Part shown: positions 35,618-46,200 of the stretch, in pieces | Position numbering within the stretch: position 1 is the first letter of the stretch | Layout of the letters: every line of letters begins with the position of its first letter | Assembly (NCBI GenBank): GCA_965247095.1 | Contig: OZ251997.1 | Span: 832,001 to 896,000, forward strand | Direction of reading: 5' to 3' | Source: Candidatus Multivorans sp. | GTDB lineage: Bacteria; Acidobacteriota; Thermoanaerobaculia; Multivoradales; Multivoraceae | Length of the DNA stretch: 64,000 nt | Translations under genes and position numbers: made by a program | Notes under the pieces: model-generated | What the model saw: only the letters and a program-made list of their open reading frames with translations | Databases searched by the model: none | What the model was told of the DNA's origin: nothing

Positions 35618-38600
35618 CTAGCCGCGTCCGCGGCCGACCGCCATGCGCACTTCGCGATCGGGCTGTTTGGACTTCAGCTCGACCTTGATCGACTGGACTT
35701 CACTCGAAGTCAGGGGCGCGCTCGTCGAGTACCCGAGCATGTACTGGCTGCGGAGTTCAGTGCCGATGTGCTCGTAGGCCCCGAGCACGGCGTCCATGCT
35801 GCCGACGTAGTAGACCCGGCCGCCGCTGGCCTTGGAGATCGCCTCCATGTCGAGCTTGCGGGGGCCGCGTCCCCGCGGGTCTTCACCCTGGATCATGTTG
35901 ATCACGTAGATCGGCACGCCCGTGTTGCCGGCGGTCCTGAACGTCCTGCGGTAGCTGCTCTGGCTGCCGAAGTCGTCGCCGTCCGTGAGCAGGACCAGGG
36001 CCCGTCGGCCCTGGTCCCGGGCGAGGTGGACGAGGCTGAACTCCATCGCGTCGTACAGCGCGGTCTGACCGTCGGCCCGCAGGTCCTTCAGACTGCCGAT
36101 CAGGTCCCTCACGTCGGCCGTCGTGTCGGAGATCAGCCGGGGGCGGGTATCGAAGTCGACGAGGAAGGCCTGATCGATCCTGGTCAGGGTGTTGCCGAGG
36201 AAGCGGGCGGCCGCCTTGCGGACGTCCGCCATCAGGAAATCCATGCTCCGGGAGCTGTCGACCGCGAGTCCCAGCACCAGGGGCACGTCCTCGGCGACCG
36301 CGAAGCGCTCGATCGGGATCTGGTCGCGGCCGCCGAGCAGGACGAAGTCCTCCTGGCCCAGCGTGGTGATCGGCTTGCCCTCCTCGTCGTTGACGACGAC
36401 GTACACCTCGACCAGGTTGACGATCGTCGCGGCCACGGGTGCGTCGGAGGACAGGAACTCCACGTCCTCGATCATCGTGCCGTCGTCGAGGTAAACCGCG
36501 ATGCGGGCGAAGTCGACGCCCGGCATGGCGGGCCCCGGCAGGACGGTGCGGAAGGGTGGCCGGGTCATGGTCACCGCGAGCCGGCCGTTGCGGTAGAACT
36601 CGACCCGGTCGAGCCTCCGTCCAGCGACCAGTTCGACCTGCGCTTCGATGGCGTAGTTTCCTCCCGCCTGCGCCTCGACCGAGGCGATGCCGATCTCGGT
36701 GTTCCTCCGCGGCTGGTTGATCGGCAGTTCGTCGTCGTCCAGCCGCCGGTCCGCGCGGTCGTAGCCGACGATGCGGATGACGTGGGGAACCGCCTCCGGT
36801 CCGAGGTCGATCCGGGTTTCGAAGGGCTTCCGCTTGTCGTCGAAGACCAGTTCGCCGTCGAGGTAGAACTCGACCCGGCGCACGATGTCGCTCGTCGTCA
36901 CCGTGCCAAAGGACTTCTTGCCTCGCAGTCCCGAGCGCTCGCCGCGGGGGGGCAGCAGGCGCACCCAGTTCCGCTGCGGTGCGGCATCCGGTTCGCCGGG
37001 AGCGGCGCCGCCGCGCCAGCCGGCGCGCCGGGCGACGGACCGCGCCGCCGCAAGGAGGCCGGCTTCGGTGGTCTCGGCCGGATCGCCTCCACCGGCGCCG
37101 TCCGGAGTCAGCAACTCGACGTCGCTCCGCTTGTCGAGGGGGTTGGAACCCTGTTCGAGGAAGATGGCATGCCACCGGTCGTTTCGCAGATCCTCGACCA
37201 TCAGGACCAGCTCGTCGATCGCCGTCGGCAGATCGAACAGGGTTCGGAACCGAAAGATCCCGCGGTCGAGTTCGGCCCCCGAGCCGGTGCGGTGGATCAG
37301 CAGGGGAGGGGCGTCCAGACCGCGGCCGTAGATCGTGATCCGCAGGGCTTCGCTGGACGTTGGCGGCAGGCTGCCGACGGTGGCGAGGCCGTCGATCGTG
37401 GCCAGTTCGGCGGGCGCTCCGTCGGCGATCGACTCGATGCCCTGCGGCAGCAGGACGCCGCGGAGGGCGAGTTCGGCGTTGCCGGCGATTGCGGCATCGC
37501 CACCGCCCCGGGTCATGCTCTCCAGCGCCCGGTTCGCGCGCAGGGCGACCAGGTCCGTCGGCGCCGCGACCGTGGCCCAGCGGCGAGCGGCGAGGTCCGG
37601 CGGCGGGCCGCCGGAGGAGGACGCGACGCGCACGTCGACCGGGTGTGGCGCCCCGTCACGATGGCCGGCCGAGCCGTAGCGCACGCGCCACGATTCGCCG
37701 AGCTGAAGGGTCGCGGCGGTGACCTCCTCGGAACTGGTCAGCACTTGACCGCCGCTGGCCTGAGCGAACTCCTCCGAGTGCTGCCGGCGTCCGGGCAGGA
37801 GGTCGTCGATCGCCTCTGCCGGAGGCGCCACATGAAGCGGGTAGACACGCCAGCCCAGGGCGGCAACGGCCCGCGCCAGACTCCGTTGCCGGCGCCGTTC
37901 ACTGACTGCCGCACGCTCGAAGGCCGGAGTCGGTGCGCCGAGCAGCCGCTGCGCGAAGGCGTCGGCGTTCAGGTCCATGCCGTCGCGCACCAGGAGCAGG
38001 GTCCTTGGCGGCCCCCGCGCCCAGGAGGCCGTGCCCAGCGACTCGAGCAGGTTCGCCCGCTGCCGGTTCAGGGTGTCCAGTTCCTGCAGAAAGCCCTCCA
38101 GGAGGTCGGCCGTGCGCAGACCGTCGGCATCCGGGTCGCCGGAGCGCGCGTCGGCCGCGGCCTTCATTTGCCTTCGCAGCGCAAGCACGCCGCCTGCCTC
38201 GTGCGCGTGTCCCGCGACCCCGGCCGCGGCTTCACGCACTTCGTCTGCGTCCGCGGTCGGTTCCAGGACGACCTCGACGATCCGGTCGGCGGTGATCATC
38301 TCCACTTCGCCGAGCGCCACCAGCCGGTCGGCTGCCGCGCCGACCGCGGCCGCCGCGGCCTCGATGCCTGCCGGGGTCGATGCGCGCAGGTCGAAGTAGA
38401 CGACGATGCGCCAGCGGTCGGTGACCCGGTCGACGGTAGACACCTCTCGCGGCTCGCCGTTTTCCAGGATCTCGACCGCCTTGGCGTCCAGCCGCCGGTT
38501 GGGCTGGGAGGGAACCTGAAAGATGAGGTCACTCTCCCGGCTCAGCACCTGCGCGTCCGCCGGAGCGGGATGGATCCCGGCCGGCACCCCGAGTGCGGTC

Positions 38601-38644
38601 AGGACGAGTACCAGCAGCCGACACCGGGAGTGCGAGGCGGTCAT
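35618..38644 (-). CDS. Secreted VWA-domain protein (acidobacterial VWFA-related type, with Ig-like repeats)
   Basis: Signal peptide; two VEFY..G...PF Ig-like units; C-terminal VWA with DSSRSM, TALYDA, LLTDGDD and ELRSQYMLGY. Confidence 0.85.
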   Translation of the reverse strand: MTASHSRCRLLVLVLTALGVPAGIHPAPADAQVLSRESDLIFQVPSQPNRRLDAKAVEILENGEPREVSTVDRVTDRWRIVVYFDLRASTPAGIEAAAAAVGAAADRLVALGEVEMITADRIVEVVLEPTADADEVREAAAGVAGHAHEAGGVLALRRQMKAAADARSGDPDADGLRTADLLEGFLQELDTLNRQRANLLESLGTASWARGPPRTLLLVRDGMDLNADAFAQRLLGAPTPAFERAAVSERRRQRSLARAVAALGWRVYPLHVAPPAEAIDDLLPGRRQHSEEFAQASGGQVLTSSEEVTAATLQLGESWRVRYGSAGHRDGAPHPVDVRVASSSGGPPPDLAARRWATVAAPTDLVALRANRALESMTRGGGDAAIAGNAELALRGVLLPQGIESIADGAPAELATIDGLATVGSLPPTSSEALRITIYGRGLDAPPLLIHRTGSGAELDRGIFRFRTLFDLPTAIDELVLMVEDLRNDRWHAIFLEQGSNPLDKRSDVELLTPDGAGGGDPAETTEAGLLAAARSVARRAGWRGGAAPGEPDAAPQRNWVRLLPPRGERSGLRGKKSFGTVTTSDIVRRVEFYLDGELVFDDKRKPFETRIDLGPEAVPHVIRIVGYDRADRRLDDDELPINQPRRNTEIGIASVEAQAGGNYAIEAQVELVAGRRLDRVEFYRNGRLAVTMTRPPFRTVLPGPAMPGVDFARIAVYLDDGTMIEDVEFLSSDAPVAATIVNLVEVYVVVNDEEGKPITTLGQEDFVLLGGRDQIPIERFAVAEDVPLVLGLAVDSSRSMDFLMADVRKAAARFLGNTLTRIDQAFLVDFDTRPRLISDTTADVRDLIGSLKDLRADGQTALYDAMEFSLVHLARDQGRRALVLLTDGDDFGSQSSYRRTFRTAGNTGVPIYVINMIQGEDPRGRGPRKLDMEAISKASGGRVYYVGSMDAVLGAYEHIGTELRSQYMLGYSTSAPLTSSEVQSIKVELKSKQPDREVRMAVGRGRG

Positions 38645-38651
38645 CGCGTTT

Positions 38652-41600
38652 CTACCTGACCTCGCGGCCCTCGATCGTCCTCGCCGTCACTCCACTGCGG
38701 TCGAGCTCCACGTTGACCTGGCGCCAGTTCGGTCCTCCCGGCTCCTCCTTCGGATAGTAGGTGAGCAGGTAGTGGCTCCGGAGCTCGCGACTGATCGCCT
38801 CGAAGATCGGCGCCAAGTCCTGGTTGTGCCGCACGTAGTAGACGCGGCCGCCGCCGGCCTTCGCCATCCGTTCGAGTTTGCTGACGAAGGTGCGGGTACT
38901 GAAGCTGCGCCCGTCCGTGCGCGCCGCCTCGTCGTTCATCAGCACGAGGTAGACGGGAACGCGGGCGTGCCGGGCCTGCTCCAGGCTTTGCCTGAAGGCG
39001 GCGTCGGAGTCCTGGTCGTCTCCGTCGTAGAAGACGACCAGGGCCTTGCGGCCCCGCAGGCCCTCGAGCTGGTCCAGAGCCAGCGAAAGCGCTCCCCACA
39101 CCGCGGTGCGGCCTCGCGGCCGGAGCGAACCGATGCCGCCGCGCACCGCGTTCAGGTTGTACGTGGCGGCGCGAACCAGCCGCGGTTCGGTGCCGAAGCC
39201 GACCAGGAAGGCCCGATCCCGGCTGGTCTCGAGCGAATCGAGGAACGCCGTCGCGGCGCGCTTCACGTCGGGCATGCGCAGAAACAGGCTGCTCGAGGTG
39301 TCGATCGCCAGGCCCAGGGTCAGGGGGAGGTCGAAGGCGACCCGGAACGACTCCAGTTCCTGGGCGCGGTCGTCCTCGAAGACGGAGAAGTCCGCGGCCG
39401 ACAGATCCCGCACGGGTAGTCCGGACCGGTCCGTGGCGACGACGTAGAGCTGCACCAGTTCGACGCCGATACGGGCCGAGAGGCCGGGTCGGCTGAGAAA
39501 GATGACGTCCTCCGCGATGCGGCCGTCCAGCAAATGGGCCTCGACCCGCAGGAAGTTCTCCGGGTCGCCCACCGGCACCAGCACTTCCCGGCGGAACGGC
39601 TCTTCCCGGACCGTCGTCGCCAGCCTGTCCTTGACGAAGAAGCGCATCTCGGCGAGGCGGCTGCCGCGCGGCACCTTGACTTCCGCGGCAACGTCGACGG
39701 GGCCGGCGTGGGGACCGCCCTCCGGTTCGGTGATGCGCACCCAGAACGCGTGCGGCGGCTGGTTGACGAGCAGTTCGTGGCGGTCGAGTTCCCGGTCCTC
39801 GGCGTCGAAGGCCACTGCCTCGACCCGGCCGAGGCGGTCGCCCCGCCCGAGGTCGATGCGAGCACGGTACGGCGCCCGGTTGCGGGCGGCGACGCGCCGG
39901 CCGTTGTAGTAGAAGACGACCCGCTGCACCCGGTCGGTGAAACCTTTCTGGACTTCGGCTACGAAGGCGACCCGACCGCGCCGGTCGGTCGGATCCTCGG
40001 GTCTCAGGTTGATCGCGCGCGAAAGCGTACGGACTTCGGCCTCCGTTCTCAGGTCCGCCACGTCGACGAAGTCGACCAGCGCATAGCCCCAGCGTCCGGA
40101 GGCGAGGTTTTCGGCCAGCACGATCGCGGAGTCGGTGCCGGGCGGGAGTTGGAGCGGCCGCTCGAAGGACAGGTGTTCGGCGCCGGGCGGTGCAAAGGGG
40201 CGGCCGTGACTGGCGACCACGCTGCCGTCCTCGCGGTGGAGTCCGGTGCTGACCCGCCACGATGCGGCCTCGCCTGGTGGCGCGCCCGCGGGCGGCACGA
40301 TGGTGCTGGTCAGACGTCCAACCGTGCGCTCGGGCGACGTGGACTCGATCTGGATCGAGGCGACGACTTCGATACCGCTATTGCCTCCGCCCTCGAACTC
40401 GCTGTCCAGATCGCCCTCGAAGGCGCGCCGCAGCCGCATCTCGGCAACGTCGTCCGGCGAGCCCGCGCCGGCAACCAAGGTCGGCGCACGGAGTTCGTGA
40501 TCTTGGTTTCGTGACCGCAGCTCGAACGGACCGGCGGCGGCCGCACCGTCCGGAAGCTGGAACCTGGCCTCGAAACGGCGGGGAAGCCGCTCGATCCACC
40601 CGGCGATCTCCAGACTGTTCGAGAGCACCTCGCCGCCCGTGGCCGCGGCGGCCACGTCCCAGTCCGATGGCTGGACGAAGAGCCGGAGTTCCTCCTCGAC
40701 GGTTTGCTGCGCACCGGACCGCCGGCGGCCGAAACGGAGCGTGAAGCCGACCGTCACTTCGTTCGAGCTGAGGTCGACGCCGTCGTCCTCGTCCTCGGAT
40801 ACGAAGGCGATCGGCGCCGCGGTCCAGCCGAAGGCCGCCGCGGTGCGGGCCACGGGCCGAAGGCTCGGCATGGCCGCCGACTCCACCGCGAGCGAGCCGG
40901 CGGTCGGTACCAGTTCCAGGTAGTAGCTCAGCGGATCGGTGACCAGGCCATCGCTGAGCAGAACCAGATGCCGCCGTGCGCCTTGCTCTTCCCCTGGATC
41001 GAGGGTGTCGTCATCGAGCGACGCCACGGCCTGCGGCGCCTCACGCCTCAGATCCTCGCGGTCGGCGAGAAACGCGACGAGTCCGTCGATCTGGTTGCGG
41101 CGCATGGCCGCCTCCTCACGGAGCGCGTCGGTCGCCATCTGCTGCAGCAGGGTATCGAGCTCGGTCGCCCACTCGTCCCCGGAAGCGGCCTGGCTTCGTC
41201 GCGCACGGGAGATCTCGATCTGCCGCTCGCTGGCGAACAGGCGCCGCCTTTCGACCAGCGCGCTCGCGGCCTCCTCGCTGGTGGCCAGCCGGCTCAGCGC
41301 GGCTTCGGCCAGCTCGAGGTCCCGGGTCGGCGGCAGGATCGTGCGAGCGGCCGGGTCCGCCACCACGATTTCCAGGCTGCCGAGCGCCAGCAGCGCGTCG
41401 AGCTGTTCGAGCAGCGAGTTCGCCAGTTGATGAACGGAGCTTGGCGTGGTCAGCGCGAAGTCGATGTAGACGAGGGTCTGCCAGCCGTCTTCGGCCGTCG
41501 TGACGCCCTCGATCTCGACCGGCGTTCCGTCGACCCGAAGTTCCAGTTGCCCGTTCAGGTCCGCCTGAGACGCCCCCTCCGCCTCGAACGTGACGGTCTG

Positions 41601-41672
41601 CTGTGCCAGTGCCGCACTCGCCGCGCACACCCACAACAGAGCCGCCGCCGGCCATCTCCTTCGCGTCAACAT
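38652..41672 (-). CDS. Secreted VWA-domain protein, paralogue of the downstream gene
   Basis: Start MLTRRRW with signal peptide; DTSSSL, TAVWGA, FYDGDD and ELRSHYLLTYYP. Confidence 0.85.
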   Translation of the reverse strand: MLTRRRWPAAALLWVCAASAALAQQTVTFEAEGASQADLNGQLELRVDGTPVEIEGVTTAEDGWQTLVYIDFALTTPSSVHQLANSLLEQLDALLALGSLEIVVADPAARTILPPTRDLELAEAALSRLATSEEAASALVERRRLFASERQIEISRARRSQAASGDEWATELDTLLQQMATDALREEAAMRRNQIDGLVAFLADREDLRREAPQAVASLDDDTLDPGEEQGARRHLVLLSDGLVTDPLSYYLELVPTAGSLAVESAAMPSLRPVARTAAAFGWTAAPIAFVSEDEDDGVDLSSNEVTVGFTLRFGRRRSGAQQTVEEELRLFVQPSDWDVAAAATGGEVLSNSLEIAGWIERLPRRFEARFQLPDGAAAAGPFELRSRNQDHELRAPTLVAGAGSPDDVAEMRLRRAFEGDLDSEFEGGGNSGIEVVASIQIESTSPERTVGRLTSTIVPPAGAPPGEAASWRVSTGLHREDGSVVASHGRPFAPPGAEHLSFERPLQLPPGTDSAIVLAENLASGRWGYALVDFVDVADLRTEAEVRTLSRAINLRPEDPTDRRGRVAFVAEVQKGFTDRVQRVVFYYNGRRVAARNRAPYRARIDLGRGDRLGRVEAVAFDAEDRELDRHELLVNQPPHAFWVRITEPEGGPHAGPVDVAAEVKVPRGSRLAEMRFFVKDRLATTVREEPFRREVLVPVGDPENFLRVEAHLLDGRIAEDVIFLSRPGLSARIGVELVQLYVVATDRSGLPVRDLSAADFSVFEDDRAQELESFRVAFDLPLTLGLAIDTSSSLFLRMPDVKRAATAFLDSLETSRDRAFLVGFGTEPRLVRAATYNLNAVRGGIGSLRPRGRTAVWGALSLALDQLEGLRGRKALVVFYDGDDQDSDAAFRQSLEQARHARVPVYLVLMNDEAARTDGRSFSTRTFVSKLERMAKAGGGRVYYVRHNQDLAPIFEAISRELRSHYLLTYYPKEEPGGPNWRQVNVELDRSGVTARTIEGREVR

Positions 41673-41719
41673 CGGTCCGGCCTTTATCCTTGCAAGACCG
41701 ACGCCACCGACGCCACAGC

Positions 41720-43198
41720 CTACGCGACGATCTGGTGGATCGGCTTCGCGCCTTCGACGCCGACGAGCTTCTGGTCGAGGCCGGCGTGGAAGTACGACAG
41801 GGCGTTGGGGTCGAGACCGAGTTGCTGCAGGACGGTGGCGTGCAGGTTCTTGACGTGGAAGCGGTCGACCTCGGCCCGGTTGCCGAGTTCGTCCGTCTCG
41901 CCGACGCTGGCGCCGCCCGCAATACCGCCGCCGGCCATCCACATCGTGAAGCCGTAGGCGTTGTGATCGCGGCCGGTGCCCTCGGCGTACTCAGCGGTGG
42001 GCTGACGGCCGAACTCGCCGCCCCAGATAACCAGCGTGCTGTCGAGCAGGCCACGCTGCTTCAGGTCGCGCAGCAGGCCGGCGATCGGCCGGTCGGTCGC
42101 GCCGGCGTGGTACTCGTGGTTCTTGACCAGATCGCCGTGGGCGTCCCAGTTGTTGTCGTTGTGGTTGCCGCCGGAGTAGACCTGCACGAAGCGCACGCCG
42201 CGCTCGACCAGGCGGCGCGCCAGCAGGCAGCGGCTGCCGAAGTCCTTCGTGCGGTCCTGGTCGAGACCGTAGAGGTTCCGGATGTTCTCCGACTCGCCCG
42301 ACAGATCGACTGCTTCGGGCGCGTGCTGCTGCATCCGGTAGGCGAGTTCGTAGCTCGCGATGCGGGCCGCGAGTTCACTGTTCTCGGAGCGCGGCGCGGC
42401 ATGCTCGTCGTTGTACTCGCGCAGGCGGTCGAGCAGCCGGCGCTGCGCCTGGCGCGACATGCCCGGCGGCGGGTCGAGCGCCAGGATCGGCGTGCCGCTC
42501 GAGCGGATCACGGTGCCCTGGTAGCTGGCCGGCATGTAGCCGCTGGACCAGTTCTTGGCGCCGCTGATCGGGCCGCCGGTGGGGTCGAGCATGACGACGA
42601 AGCCGGGCAGGTTCTCGTTCTCGGTGCCGAGGCCGTAGTTCACCCAGGAACCGATGGCGGGGCTGCCGGAGAGGATGCGGCCGCTGTTCATCTGCAGCAT
42701 CGCGGAGCCGTGGAGCGGCGCGTCCGCGGTCATCGAGTGGATGAAGGCTATGTCGTCGACGCAGCCGCCGATGTTCGGGAACAGGTCGGAGACCCACTTG
42801 CCGCACTCCCCGTACTGCTTGAACTTCCACTTCGGGCCGACCACCCGGCCCTGGCTCCGCGAGCCGCCGCGACCCTTGGTGCTGATCTCGATCGTCTTAC
42901 CGTCGAGGGGGTAGAGCTTCGGCTTGTAGTCGAAGGTGTCGACCTGGCTGGGTCCGCCGTACATGAACAGGAAGATCACCGCCTTGGCCGGGCCGTCGAA
43001 GTGGGGCGGCTTGGGGGCCAGGGGGTTCTTCCACTCGGTGGCGCCGTCGGCGGCGACGGTCTGGGCGGCGAGGAAGTTGTCGTTGGACAGCATGCTCGCC
43101 AGAGCCACGGAGGTGAAGGTGCCTCCGGCTTCCCACAGGAACTCCCGCCGGGTCTGACCGCAGAAGGTGTTGCGAGGTCGATCAGCGTCGTGGGTCAT
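41720..43198 (-). CDS. DUF1501 domain protein (Tat signal)
   Basis: TRREFL, FLFMYGGPSQVDTFDYKP, LARRLVERGVRFVQ, WDAH, WGGEFGR and GRDHN. Confidence 0.93.
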   Translation of the reverse strand: MTHDADRPRNTFCGQTRREFLWEAGGTFTSVALASMLSNDNFLAAQTVAADGATEWKNPLAPKPPHFDGPAKAVIFLFMYGGPSQVDTFDYKPKLYPLDGKTIEISTKGRGGSRSQGRVVGPKWKFKQYGECGKWVSDLFPNIGGCVDDIAFIHSMTADAPLHGSAMLQMNSGRILSGSPAIGSWVNYGLGTENENLPGFVVMLDPTGGPISGAKNWSSGYMPASYQGTVIRSSGTPILALDPPPGMSRQAQRRLLDRLREYNDEHAAPRSENSELAARIASYELAYRMQQHAPEAVDLSGESENIRNLYGLDQDRTKDFGSRCLLARRLVERGVRFVQVYSGGNHNDNNWDAHGDLVKNHEYHAGATDRPIAGLLRDLKQRGLLDSTLVIWGGEFGRQPTAEYAEGTGRDHNAYGFTMWMAGGGIAGGASVGETDELGNRAEVDRFHVKNLHATVLQQLGLDPNALSYFHAGLDQKLVGVEGAKPIHQIVA

Positions 43199-43214
43199 CG
43201 TTCTACTCCTCAGC

Positions 43215-46200
43215 TTAGTCGAGGTAGACGAACTCGTTCAGATTCAACAGCAGAAGGGAGAGACTGGCGAACGCGGCAGAGGAGTCGAAACCCTCTTCCC
43301 GCTCGAGCTCCTCGATCAGGCCGACGCCGCGGGCGATCTCCGCGGTCCTCGGCTGGCGTGCGAGCACAACCCGGAGCGCTTCGGCAACCCGGTCCTCGAT
43401 CGATCCGCCGGCGCCGCCTGTGCGATCCGCCAGAGCCGCCGCCTGCTCGCCCATGAAGGCCCCGTTGAGCATCATCAGCGCCTGGGTCGGCTGGGTGGTC
43501 GTGAAGCGGACGGGGCAGGTGGAGTCGGTGTCTGCGAAGTCCAGGCTCTCGAGCAACGGATGCAGCAGGGAACGCTTGACGTGGATGTAGATGCTGCGCC
43601 GCGAGGCCTGTTCGGGCGTCGCGTCGCCCCAGGCCTGGTCGGGCTGCGAAGCGGTGGCGAGAACCGCTGCCGGCATGGGCGGATAGACGCTGGGGCCGCC
43701 GAACTCGAGGTTGAGACGCCCGGTCGCGGCCAGGACGGAGTCCCGGATTTCCTCGGCAGTCAACCGTCTCATGTTGAAGCGGCTGAACAGGTCGTTGCCG
43801 GGATCGGCTTCGAGCGCTCCCTCGGGCGGGCGCGAGGACATCTGGTAGGCCCGGCTGGTCATCATGAAGCGGTGCATCGACTTGAGGCGCCAGTCCCGGG
43901 CCACGAACTCGGTCGCCAGCCAGTCGAGCAGATCGGGGTGGGTTGCCCCTTGCCCGAAGCGGCCGAAGTCGTTCGGGGTCGGCGACAGCCCGCGGCCGAA
44001 GTGGTACTGCCACAGGCGGTTCGCCATCACGCGGGAGGTGCGCAGGTTGCCGTCGTCGGCGATCCAGCGGGCCAGGGAGCGGCGGCGGCCGGTGGTGGGC
44101 GAGTCGGCCGGGCGCTCGGCAAGGCCCGGATCCGCGTTGCCGAGGATGAGCGGGAACCCGGGCTCGACCCGTTCCGCCGGCGCGTGCGGGTTGCCGCGGA
44201 TGAGCACGTGGGTAGGCGGCGCCTCGGGTCCGATCTCCTTGACCCGCAGCACCTCGACGTAGTTGCGCGGGTTGGGGGCATGGTCGGCGAGAGCCTGGAC
44301 CGCGTCGTTGTAGGCGCTTGCCGGCTCTGTTGCTGGGAACGCGGGCGTCTCGCCCGCCCCCGGGACCGCGGGCGTCTCGCCCGCCCCTGGGAACGCGGGC
44401 GTCTCGCCCGCATCCGGCCGCAGGCCGGCAGCCAGGACTAGCGCCGCCCCACCCGTAGCCGGATCGAGGGCCAGACCGAGGATTTCTTGCGGCGACAGCG
44501 CCCGATCGTAGAACCTCACCTCGTCCATCGAACCCGCGAAGTGGTCGCCGGCGCCGCGCCGTCCAAGGTCGAGGAACGGGGCCTGTCCCAGATCGTTCCC
44601 GTCCCCCTTGGCCTCATCGGCCGGCAGACCGTCGACGAAGAGCGCGATGGCGCCGGAGTTCCCATCGCGTGTGAACGCGGCGTGGCGCCAGTGCCCGTCG
44701 TTGTAGCTGGGTCCGGACGAGACGCTCGTCCGCATGGGGAAGCCGTCCGTCTTCTCGGAGACGTAGGCAACGACGTAGCCGTTGCCGACCATCGAAAGGC
44801 CGAAGCCCAGCAGTTGTTCCACGGAATTGACGAGAGCTCTTCCCTTCGCCCATTCGAACTGAACGCCGCCCGGCGCGCCGTCCGTGGTCCTGAACCACAG
44901 ACTGACGGTGAAGTCGTCCGCCACCGGGCGCGGCAAGCGTACCGAGTCGTTCTCGCCGTCGAAGGTGTAGGCGCCGCCGGCGACCCCGTCCGCGCCCACC
45001 TGCGCCTCCTCGACCCGGCCGTGGAAGCGGCCCCTTCGGTCGCCCGCGACCAGGGAAACCTGTTCGTCGAGCGGAAGATGGGCAACCAACCCCGTTTCCG
45101 CGGTCTTCCTGGCCGCTTCGAGTTCTTCGGCCGTGGCGGCGTCGATGAGGGACGCGGCCGACGAGCGTGCTGCCTGGATGAGCTGCCGCCGTTCGGCGCG
45201 CCAGCGCTCTGCCTCTGCTTCGGCCTCGGCGGAGCCGAGATCCTCGGGGATGAGGTCGCGGTAGTTCTCGGGCGTCGGCTGGTTGCCCCCGCCGACCTTG
45301 TAGGGCGCGATGCCCCGGAAGAACGACAGCATCCGGTAGTAGTCGGTCTGGGGAATCGGATCGCCGCGGTGGTTGTGGCAGCGGGCGCAGCCGATCGACA
45401 TGCCGAGCATGACCCGGGACGTCGTATCGAGGACCGAGTCGAGATCGTCGTACTGGGCGAGCGCGGTGTCCGTCGGCTCGTCGTCCCAGATGCCCAGTCG
45501 CAGATAGCCGGTGGCGACGATCGACGCGGCGGTGGGGTGGTCGATCTCGTCGCCGGCGAGCTGGTGGGTCAGAAACTCGTTGTACGGCATGTCCGCGTTC
45601 AGAGCGTCGATCACCCAGTCGCGGTAGCGCCAGGCCGATGGCTTCTTGCGGTCCCGCTCGTAGCCGTCGGTCTCGGCGTAGCGGACGAGATCGAGCCAGT
45701 GCCGGCCCCAGCGCTCGCCGTAGTGGGGCGATGCCAGGAGGCGGTCGATGAGGCGTTCCCAGGCGTCGGGGCGCTCGTCCTGCTCGAAGGCCTCGACCTC
45801 CTCGAGGGTCGGTGGCAGCCCGGTCAGGTCGTAGCTCGCGCGCCGGATCAGGGCCCGGCGGTCGGCGGTCGGCGGCGGCTCGAGGTCGGCCGCCTCGATC
45901 CGGGCGAGCAGGTAGTTGTCGATCGGGTTGAGCGGCCAGTCCGGGTCCGCCACCGCGGGGACGTCGGGGCGCACGAGCGGTCGGACGGACCACCATGCCC
46001 GGTCGGCATCGGTGATCTGGAACTCGTCGCCGGCCGCCGCTACTTCCGCGATGTCGTCCTCGTCGCCGCCGAAGGGCGCACCGAGCTGGACCCATTGCCG
46101 GATCGCCTCGATGTCCGCGTCGGCGAGCCTTCCTGTGGGCGGCATCTGCAACTGCTCGTCGTGGTACCCGACCGCCTGGAGCAACAGGCTCAGGCTGGGC

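Noticed and set aside
35549-38659. 1036-aa + strand ORF, and similar long antisense ORFs (634-2265, 44487-46394, 46556-48391, 55291-57063, 58651-61104)
   Set aside because: Shadow frames opposite well-supported genes; expected in high-GC DNA and without recognisable motifs.
44333-44413. Possible CRISPR array
   Set aside because: Repeats are directly tandem with no spacers, lie inside a CDS, and no cas genes are present.
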